Part shown: positions 56,776 through 64,000 of the stretch, piece after piece
Layout: each line of letters begins with the position of its first letter
Position numbering within the stretch: position 1 is the stretch's first letter
Assembly: GCA_031409275.1 (NCBI GenBank)
Contig: JANNXA010000028.1
Span: 1 to 64,000 of the forward strand
Length of the DNA: 64,000 nt
DNA from: Planctomycetota bacterium
GTDB lineage: Bacteria; Planctomycetota; B15-G4; SIAN01
Direction: 5' to 3'
Notes under the pieces: model-generated
What the model was told of the DNA's origin: nothing
Seen by the model: the letters and a program-made list of their open reading frames with translations, nothing else
Databases searched by the model: none
Translations under genes and position numbers: made by a program

Positions 56776-59700
56776 TCACGGCAGATCGAGGAGCTCCGCG
56801 ATCGCCGCCACCTTGGCGCGGTAGTTCACGTCGCGGCCGAGTGCGGCGTTCCACGGTTGCGGGTCGGGATCGGCGAGCAGGCCGAGCGCGGTGAGCGCGA
56901 GGCTTCGGATCAGCGAGGAGGGCTGCGATTCGGCGGCGAAGGCGAGCAGCGGGGCGAAGGCGGCGCGGTCGCGCAGCTCGCCGAGCGCCTGAGCGGCGGC
57001 GGTTGACTCGGCCAGCGTCTCGCCGTGTTGCAGCAGGTCGAGCAGCGGAACGACCGCTTCGCGATCGCGCAGCTCGCCCAGCGCGCGCGCGTACTGGAGG
57101 CGGGTGCGCGCTTCGACGCCCTTCACCTGCAACTTTGCGCGGATCGGCGCGACGGCCGCATCGGCGCGCAGCAGCGCCAGCGCCTGTGCGACGTAGCCCT
57201 TCAGCCCGCCGTCCTTCGTCTCATCGAAGAGCTTCAGCAGCACCGGAAGCGCCGGCTGGAAGTCGATCCAGCCGAGCGCCAGCGCCATCGCGCCCTGGTA
57301 GCTCGGATTCGCGGTGCCGACCAACATCTTCAGCAGCTCGCGGCCGACCCGCTCGCGCGTCGCCGCCGGCAGCGTCCGATTCTGGAGGTAGAGGCCCAAC
57401 CCCAGCGCGGCGTGCGGCTGGTGGGTGATCCGCTTGGGCTGCGTCAGCTCGCGCAGCAGGAACGCCTCCAGCGCCGCGTGTTCGGCCGCGTGCGTCGCGG
57501 CGTCCACGTCGCGCGCACCGAGCTCGGCCAGCGCGTAGAGCGCGAAGTGGCGCGTCTGGTCATCGTTCGCGCGCACCACGGCATCGGTCAGCGCCGTGAC
57601 GACCGCCTCGTCGGTCAGCGTCGCCAGACGTCCCAGCGCCATCGCCAACGATCGGCGCGAGTCCTGATCGGTGCGATCGTCAGTGAACCGCTCGAGGAGC
57701 GCGGGAACGTGGCTCCGCACCAGCGCGGCACTCTCGGGCGCCTGCTCCGCGAGGCGCACCAGCGCGGCGGGCACCTGCGCGCGCACGTAGGTGTTGAGCG
57801 AGCGATCGTCGAAGCGCGCCAGCAGCGGCTCGATCAGCGCCTCGTGGTCGGTGGTCAGTTCGCCGAGCGCCAGCACGGCGCACGCCGCGACGTCGATCAG
57901 CGAATCGCACCAGGTGACCGCCAGCAGCTCCTCGCGCGCCGCATCGGCATGCAGCATCCCGAGCGCCGTTGCCGCGAAGGCGCGCTGCAGCGCATCGCCG
58001 TTCGCGCGATCGGCCAGCAGCACGCGCAGCGGCCCGATCGCCTCCGCGCGACCGGTGATGCCGAGCGCCACGGTCGCGGTGCGCCGCACTTGCGCCGAGG
58101 AGTGGTGCAGCGCCTCAACGAGCGCCGGCACGACGCGGTCGCCGACGTCGGCGCGGTCTGGCGCGGACGCGCGCGCCAACGCGAGCGCTGCCGCATCGGC
58201 CACCTCCGCATCGCCGCATTTCAGCGCGTCGAGCAGGACCGGCAGCAGCTCGCTCTGCATCTCAGCCGGCAGCGGCGTGCGCGCCTGCGGTCGCGCCGCG
58301 GCCAGCAACGCCTCCCTGCGGTGCTCCCACCAGAACTCCCAACGCTCGTAGCCTTCGGCGCTGCCGCGTCGCGCGCCGATGCCGCCGGTGGTCAGGCGCA
58401 TGCCGGCACTGCCCCCAGCGGCCGGGCCCGCGGCGCTCGGTCCACCCGCTGCGCCGTTCGCGGCGTCCTGCGACTTCACGCGGCCCGTGAGGAAGCCGCC
58501 GGCGCTGCTCGACACCGGGGCAGGCGAGCCACCCGCGTTCGGCGAAGCGGACGGCACCGTGTCGCTCGGCAGTCGATCGTGCGTGGTGCCATCGTCGGCG
58601 GAGCGCCGGCTCGGCGCCGCGTCCGCTGCGGCCAGCGGTAGCTTCGGCTCGACCACCAGGAACGACGTGTAGGGCGTCACCAGCTGATGTTCGAGGCCGA
58701 GGCGCTTCACTTCGTCGACCAGCTCCGCGTTGCTGCCACCGATGCGGAGGTCATCCAACAGCCGCTCGACGCGCGCCTTCGCCCAGAGCTGCGAGACGTG
58801 CGGTCGAGCCGGCGTCGCGGCGGGCAACTCGATCGGGATCACCAGATCGAGCGGCCCCTCTTCGCCCTGGCCGCGCAGATGGAGGCGCGCCGGGCCGCTG
58901 CCCTGGTAGCGGCCGGCGATGACGCACGCGCGATGCTGGCAGAGATCGGGAAGGCGTCGCGGTTCGCGATCGAGGATGGTGATGCCGTCACCCTCGATCT
59001 GGAAGCTCGGCTCCAACAGGAGCGGCGTCTTCAGCCGCTCGTAGAGCGCGGCCAGCGGCACTTCGAGGTCGGCGCCCTCTTCGACGTAGCGCGCGGCGCC
59101 GCGCCCCTCGCTCGCCAGCTTGCTGAGCAGGAACTCCTTCACGCCGTTGCCGACGCCGAAGGCAAAGAGGCGAGTCGAGCCGCACGCCGCTCGCCATGCG
59201 GCAAGGATCCGCTCGGGCTGCAGCTCGCCGACGGTCGGGTCGCCGTCGGTGAGGAAGATCACGGCGGCGAGGCGATCGGGCGTCGGCTCGATTCCCTTCA
59301 GCGCCGCCAGCAGCGCGTCCTGGATGTTGGTACCGCCGGTCGCGTCGAGCTCGGCTGCGGCGCGGCGCGCCGCCGTCAGATGATCGCGGTTGACGTCGAG
59401 GAGCCGTTGACGACCCAGCTTCCGCGCCAGCGACGTGGCGTCGGTCGAAAAGCTCACGACGTCGAAGCGATCGCCCGGCTTCAACGTGTCGAGACCCGCC
59501 AGCAGCGCAGCGCGCGCCTGCTCGAGCTTGATGCCGGCCATCGAGCCAGAGCGGTCGACGACGAAGACGAGGTCGCGGCCGATGCGTGGCGGTGCCGCGA
59601 GGCGCGGCACGATGCGCGCAAGGAACCAGCCGTCGCGCGCTCCTTCCGGCCGCTCTGCCAGCAGTGCGACGTCGAACCCATCACGCCGCGGCAGCGCACG

Positions 59701-60372
59701 CAGCACGAAGGAGCGATCCGGCGTGACGCCATCGCCGCCGTAGCACGCCTCGCCGCAGCCCTCGGCCAGGGCGAGCCGCGCGTCGCGGTGCGAAGGGCAA
59801 TCGAGTCCGGCGAGGCCGCGCTTCGCCTGCCACGTTGCGTGCACCTTCAAGTCGCCGACCGGGCCGGCGTCGCGCGGCAGCGGGATCTCGAGCGTCTCGA
59901 GGCCGAGGTCGTCGCGCACGACATGCGAATAGACGAGCTTCACGCGCACGGTGTCGTGGGCGGGGATCGGGAAGACGTTGACCTTGAAGTCGCGCCAGCC
60001 GACCTGCTCGAGCAGCCCCGGGTCCTTCTGCGCGCGCACGATCGCGTCGTAGGTGGCGCGCGCCTGCTGCGCTTCCATCACCTTGCCCTGCTGCTCGCGG
60101 CCCGCCATCCACATCGAGAAGGCGCCGATGACGGCGTCCTCGGGCAGCTGGAAGCGAAAGACCCCTTCCTGCACGCGGTCGGTCGCGTTGCGGAAGAGCT
60201 CCTCGACTTCGATGCGGGCGATGCCTTCCTCGACGACCGCGACGGCTTGGAACTGCTCGATGCGGACGGCGCCTTCGCGCAACGTCAGGTTCTGCGCGGC
60301 GGCGCGAGGTGCGAGTGCGCCGAGCGCAACGACGAGCAACGCGAGCGTGGCGACGAGTGGTCCGGCGCGCAT
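56776..60372 (-). CDS. Exported VIT + vWA domain protein fused to a HEAT-repeat region
   Basis: VIT (EGVFRFQLP..A.I..F, YDAIV...DPGLLEQ), MIDAS DRSGS, FLTDG, LVTPYTSFLV, WEFWWE, then HEAT-like helices. Confidence 0.88.
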   Translation of the reverse strand: MRAGPLVATLALLVVALGALAPRAAAQNLTLREGAVRIEQFQAVAVVEEGIARIEVEELFRNATDRVQEGVFRFQLPEDAVIGAFSMWMAGREQQGKVMEAQQARATYDAIVRAQKDPGLLEQVGWRDFKVNVFPIPAHDTVRVKLVYSHVVRDDLGLETLEIPLPRDAGPVGDLKVHATWQAKRGLAGLDCPSHRDARLALAEGCGEACYGGDGVTPDRSFVLRALPRRDGFDVALLAERPEGARDGWFLARIVPRLAAPPRIGRDLVFVVDRSGSMAGIKLEQARAALLAGLDTLKPGDRFDVVSFSTDATSLARKLGRQRLLDVNRDHLTAARRAAAELDATGGTNIQDALLAALKGIEPTPDRLAAVIFLTDGDPTVGELQPERILAAWRAACGSTRLFAFGVGNGVKEFLLSKLASEGRGAARYVEEGADLEVPLAALYERLKTPLLLEPSFQIEGDGITILDREPRRLPDLCQHRACVIAGRYQGSGPARLHLRGQGEEGPLDLVIPIELPAATPARPHVSQLWAKARVERLLDDLRIGGSNAELVDEVKRLGLEHQLVTPYTSFLVVEPKLPLAAADAAPSRRSADDGTTHDRLPSDTVPSASPNAGGSPAPVSSSAGGFLTGRVKSQDAANGAAGGPSAAGPAAGGSAGMRLTTGGIGARRGSAEGYERWEFWWEHRREALLAAARPQARTPLPAEMQSELLPVLLDALKCGDAEVADAAALALARASAPDRADVGDRVVPALVEALHHSSAQVRRTATVALGITGRAEAIGPLRVLLADRANGDALQRAFAATALGMLHADAAREELLAVTWCDSLIDVAACAVLALGELTTDHEALIEPLLARFDDRSLNTYVRAQVPAALVRLAEQAPESAALVRSHVPALLERFTDDRTDQDSRRSLAMALGRLATLTDEAVVTALTDAVVRANDDQTRHFALYALAELGARDVDAATHAAEHAALEAFLLRELTQPKRITHQPHAALGLGLYLQNRTLPAATRERVGRELLKMLVGTANPSYQGAMALALGWIDFQPALPVLLKLFDETKDGGLKGYVAQALALLRADAAVAPIRAKLQVKGVEARTRLQYARALGELRDREAVVPLLDLLQHGETLAESTAAAQALGELRDRAAFAPLLAFAAESQPSSLIRSLALTALGLLADPDPQPWNAALGRDVNYRAKVAAIAELLDLP

Positions 60373-60516
60373 GGAACTTCTCCGGCGCCGCATGCTGCGC
60401 AAGAGAGCGCAGGCGCGACGCCGGAGCAAAGCGAACGTCGTTCCAGCGTCGAGCCGCCGGAGGCGCGCGCGCCTCTTCGTGCCGGAACGTGGCGCGCGGG
60501 TGACGCTGCCGACGGA

Positions 60517-62427
60517 CTACCAGTCGAGCCCGCCGACGACGCCATCGATGCGCGGCGTGTAGCCGATGCCGCCTTCGACACTGGGCAACGCCAGCAGCAC
60601 CTGCGCGTAGTAGTGCTTGCCCAACGCGAACAGAGCAGGGTCTTCCGGGATGTCGACCTCGATGCTGCCCGTCACCCCGTTCATCACGAAGGGGCGCACC
60701 AGGTAGTCGCTGACGAGCAGGTGGGGCGTCTCGGGTGCCGTCGCATCGCCGAGCCCGACGAGGAGCACGCCGAGGGTCGACGGCTCGAGCGGGCAGGTGA
60801 CCTGCACGACCGACGTGCAGCCGAGCAGCGGCGGCGCGGTCAGGTCGATGGTCGGCACCAGGGTCGGATCGAGACTGTCGCCGGCCCAGCCGCTTCCGTT
60901 GACGGTGAAGCTGGCGTCGACGCCGTCGGCGTCGGAGATGCACCAGACGTGGCCGTGCTCGTAACCAGTGGCCGGGTCGTTGACGTGGGCGGTCCCGACC
61001 AGCAGATCGTCGCCATCGTCGGGACGGGTGGCGTTGAGCGTCGACGTGGTGAGTCGACCGTGCGCCGAGATGCGGCCGAGCTTGTCGGCGCGCTCCCGCC
61101 CTTCGATCGTCCAGCGCGACAGCCACGCTGCGGTGATCGGGTCGTACTCGAAGCAGGCGATCAGGCCGCGCTTCTCGTTGTGGTGGCGCGCCGCGACGAA
61201 GAGCTCGCGCTTCTCACGGGAGCCAGCGGGGTCGCGGAGGTAGTTGCCCGTGTCGAGGAAGGCGCCGAAGAACGAGCCGGGGAGCGCGCCGGCCGTTTCG
61301 CCCCGCACGACGACCGGCGCCGAGTCGAGCGCCTCCCCGCGGTACATGGCGACGTAGTTGCCCTGCTCGGCGGTCTCGTAGAGATTGCCGTACGTGCCGG
61401 GCGCTCCGACCAGGAGCTCGGGCTTCGCGGTCGGATCGCCGGTCAGGTCGGGCACCACGTTCAGCGAGTAACCGAACCATTCGTGGTGACGGGCGCCATT
61501 GATGCGTCGCTTCGCGATCGTGGCCATTCCGGAGTAGATCCAGATCGCGCCGCATTCGGTGATCGGGCCGTTGCTCCATGAGAAGTCGCCGATGACGAGG
61601 TCGATCTTCTTGTCGCCATCGATGTCGCGACCGAAGCTCGCGACGGAAGTGGGGTGACCGTCATCGCGGAGACCGGACGGATGGACGTTCCACACCAGCA
61701 GCGGGGTGAGGTCGTGCCCCGAGATGAGGAGCGCCCATCGGTAGCGGCCGGCGCCGGCGATCAGCAGGTCCGGGTAGCCGTCGCCGTCCAGGTCGCCGGC
61801 GGGCGCGATCGAGGCCCCGAAGTCGCCTTGTGAGCCGTCGGGGCCGTCGACGCGGTCGCGGTCGACCTTGTCCTCGATCTCGCCGATCAGATCGGGCACG
61901 TCGGGGTCGCGCAGCGAGCGCCCCGAGTAGATGCGGACGTACGCCCGTTGATAGTCGATGCTGGTGCTCGGAGCTGCGATGGCGAAGTCGTCGATTCCGT
62001 CGCGATCGATGTCACCGAGTCTCGCCATCTCGGCGCCGAAGTTGTCGTTGGCGGCAGCGCCGTGCCACGTGCGGAGAGGGGCGCCGAGGTGGGCGCCCGA
62101 GAAGACGCGCACGCTTCCGACCTTGTCCTCGTCCGTCTCGATCGTCCCATTGCCGTTGAGGTCGATGTCGTCCTTCGGCGCGCCGACGAGGAAATCGTCG
62201 AAGCCGTCGCCATCGACATCGCCGATCCACTCCACGCGCCCGAACCAGTCGCGGTCCTTCTCGGAAGCGAGGTCGAAGACCCGCGTCGCCTGCGCTATCG
62301 CCGGAGCCGGTGCGAGCCAGAGCAGCAGCGACGCCGCGGCGCATGCGCAGCGGCGGCTGCGGGTCGCTTGCGACCGCTCCGATTCCAGTCGATGCGGTGA
62401 CTCTTCCTCTCCGTCGCAGCGATCCAT
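60517..62427 (-). CDS. FG-GAP repeat exported protein (paralog A)
   Basis: GDVDGDGFDDFLVGAP, GDLDGDGYPDLLIAG, signal peptide. Confidence 0.9.
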   Translation of the reverse strand: MDRCDGEEESPHRLESERSQATRSRRCACAAASLLLWLAPAPAIAQATRVFDLASEKDRDWFGRVEWIGDVDGDGFDDFLVGAPKDDIDLNGNGTIETDEDKVGSVRVFSGAHLGAPLRTWHGAAANDNFGAEMARLGDIDRDGIDDFAIAAPSTSIDYQRAYVRIYSGRSLRDPDVPDLIGEIEDKVDRDRVDGPDGSQGDFGASIAPAGDLDGDGYPDLLIAGAGRYRWALLISGHDLTPLLVWNVHPSGLRDDGHPTSVASFGRDIDGDKKIDLVIGDFSWSNGPITECGAIWIYSGMATIAKRRINGARHHEWFGYSLNVVPDLTGDPTAKPELLVGAPGTYGNLYETAEQGNYVAMYRGEALDSAPVVVRGETAGALPGSFFGAFLDTGNYLRDPAGSREKRELFVAARHHNEKRGLIACFEYDPITAAWLSRWTIEGRERADKLGRISAHGRLTTSTLNATRPDDGDDLLVGTAHVNDPATGYEHGHVWCISDADGVDASFTVNGSGWAGDSLDPTLVPTIDLTAPPLLGCTSVVQVTCPLEPSTLGVLLVGLGDATAPETPHLLVSDYLVRPFVMNGVTGSIEVDIPEDPALFALGKHYYAQVLLALPSVEGGIGYTPRIDGVVGGLDW

Positions 62428-62542
62428 CAACCTCTCCTGGCGAGAGAAGCGACGCGGCAGCGCGTCTGCCGCAAGCAAAGACGGCGGAGAATGTAGAGCG
62501 CGGACAGGGAGTGCGCCAGCCGTGACAGCTGTCGCGGTCGCG

Positions 62543-64000
62543 CTACCAGTCGCCGCCGCCGACCACCCCGTCGATGCGCGGTGTGTAGCCGATGCCTCCC
62601 GCGACGTCAGGCAGCGCCAGAAGAATTTGCGCGTAGTAGCGCTTCCCTTCGGTGAAGAGCGCCGGGTCGTCGGGAATCTCGACCTCGACGCGCCCGCTCG
62701 CGCCGTTCATCACGAACGTCCGCAGCAAGTAGTCGCTCACCAGCAGGTGGGGCGTTTCGGGGGCCGTCGCATCGCCAAGCCCCACCAGCAGCACGCCAAA
62801 CGCGAACGGCTCGAGGTCGCAGCGGACTCGGACCTGTGTGGTGGTGCCAAGCGCCGGCGGCACATCGAGGTCGATCGTGGGCACGAGCGATGGATCCGTG
62901 TCGTCGCCGGCCCAACCGCTTCCGTTGATGGTGAAGCTGGCGTCGACTCCGTCGGCGTCCGAGAGACACCAGACGTAGCCGCGCTCGCCGCCGGCAGGGT
63001 TGTTGACGTGGGCGGTGCCCACCAGCAGTTCGTCGCCGTCATCTGGAAGCGAGGGATCGGTGATCGACGTGGTGAGCCGGCCGCGCGCGGTGACGCGTCC
63101 GAGCTTGTCCCCCGGTTCGCGTCCATCGATGTTCCAGCGCGGCGCCCAGGCAAGCGCGAGCTCGTCGAAGGCGAAGCAGCTCACCTTGCCGCGCTTCTCG
63201 TCGTGGTGTCGCGCCGCGACGAAGAGCTCGCGGCGCGCCGTACCGCGCCCGGACGGATCGACGAAGTAGTCCCCGGAGTCGAGGAACGCGCCGAAGAACG
63301 AGCCCGGCGCAGCGCCGACGTCGTCGCCACGCAGGGTCTGCGCCTGGCGGGAAAGGTCCTCGCCCAACCACATCGCGACGTAGTTGCCGTTCTCCGCGAC
63401 TCCGTAGTCGTTGCCGAACGTGCCGGGAGCGCCGACGAGCAACTCCGGCTTCGCGGCCGGGTCGCCGCTGACATCGGGCAACACGTGCAGCGCGTAGCCG
63501 AACCACTCGTGGTGCTTGTTTCCTCGGTACGTTCGAAACGGGGTCGACGAGAGGCCGGAGTAGACCCAGACCGAGCCGCATTCGATGGCCGTTCCGTCGC
63601 TCCATGCGAAGTCGCCGAAGACCAGGTCGATGCGATGGTCGCCGTTCATGTCGCGACCGAAGCTGGCGATGGCGGTCGAATGCGAGCCTTTGCGCATCCC
63701 GACCGGGTGGACGTCCCAGCTGAAGAGCGGTCGGAGGGAATTGCCCGAGTAGAGGACGACCCAGTGGTACTCCCCGGCCCCGGCGACGAGTAGATCGGGG
63801 TGGCCATCCCGATCGACGTCGCCAGCGGCAGCGATCGCGGCCCCGAAGTCGCCCTGTCCGCCGTCTGGCACCTTGGAGCCGTCGCGATCCGCCGAGTCAT
63901 CGAGGTCGCCGAGGAACTCCGGCAGGTCGGCGTTCCGGATCGAGCCGCCCGAGATCACGCGGACGTAGGCGCGCTGGCCCGTGAGATTGCTGCTCGGCCC
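62543..64000 (-). CDS. FG-GAP repeat exported protein (paralog B; 5' end outside window)
   Basis: GDVDRDGHPDLLVAG; colinear and highly similar to 60517-62427. Confidence 0.9.
   Translation of the reverse strand, partial: GPSSNLTGQRAYVRVISGGSIRNADLPEFLGDLDDSADRDGSKVPDGGQGDFGAAIAAAGDVDRDGHPDLLVAGAGEYHWVVLYSGNSLRPLFSWDVHPVGMRKGSHSTAIASFGRDMNGDHRIDLVFGDFAWSDGTAIECGSVWVYSGLSSTPFRTYRGNKHHEWFGYALHVLPDVSGDPAAKPELLVGAPGTFGNDYGVAENGNYVAMWLGEDLSRQAQTLRGDDVGAAPGSFFGAFLDSGDYFVDPSGRGTARRELFVAARHHDEKRGKVSCFAFDELALAWAPRWNIDGREPGDKLGRVTARGRLTTSITDPSLPDDGDELLVGTAHVNNPAGGERGYVWCLSDADGVDASFTINGSGWAGDDTDPSLVPTIDLDVPPALGTTTQVRVRCDLEPFAFGVLLVGLGDATAPETPHLLVSDYLLRTFVMNGASGRVEVEIPDDPALFTEGKRYYAQILLALPDVAGGIGYTPRIDGVVGGGDW

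Noticed and set aside
820..63793. Many long alternative ORFs (e.g. 820-2631+, 3005-5326-, 12793-15846-, 22447-25113+, 28978-31602+, 35962-38790+, 58687-61581+)
   Set aside because: Antisense or off-frame shadows of real genes in very GC-rich DNA; Arg/Ala/Gly-rich with no recognisable motifs.
60517..64000. Diversity-generating retroelement (TR/VR) explanation for the repeated sequence
   Set aside because: Similarity spans whole genes, differences are not adenine-specific by inspection, and there is no reverse transcriptase in the window.
1..64000. tRNA, rRNA, tmRNA or RNase P genes
   Set aside because: No cloverleaf or conserved structural-RNA signature recognised in the intergenic regions by eye; a covariance-model scan would be needed to exclude them.

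Overview
Very GC-rich bacterial window. The gene content (FG-GAP/ASPIC proteins, sulfatase-TPR fusion, membrane-anchored ECF sigma fusions, VIT-vWA-HEAT protein, S46/M16/S8 peptidases) suggests an uncultured Planctomycetota-like organism; this taxonomy is an inference. The most notable feature is a six-gene minus-strand operon (21556-32018), largely translationally coupled: DUF2959 lipoprotein, a membrane-anchored 2x[4Fe-4S]/FAD/NAD(P)H flavoprotein with a His-rich cytochrome-b-like membrane domain, a 23-CxxCH cytochrome, a probable outer-membrane beta-barrel, and 7- and 11-CxxCH lipoprotein cytochromes (41 heme motifs in total, counted by eye). It looks like a self-contained NAD(P)H-to-cell-surface electron conduit. 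Other observations: the right end of an ISL3 element interrupting a gene at the window start; a G10 tract that frameshifts the signal peptide off a 1438-aa hydrolase/beta-propeller protein; a four-copy nested REP/MITE-like repeat; two divergent ECF-sigma fusions with a small zinc-ribbon ORF between them; tandem paralogous FG-GAP genes; and a recurring C-terminal domain on several secreted proteins. No tRNA, rRNA or CRISPR array was recognised. All family calls come from motif recognition, not database searches.
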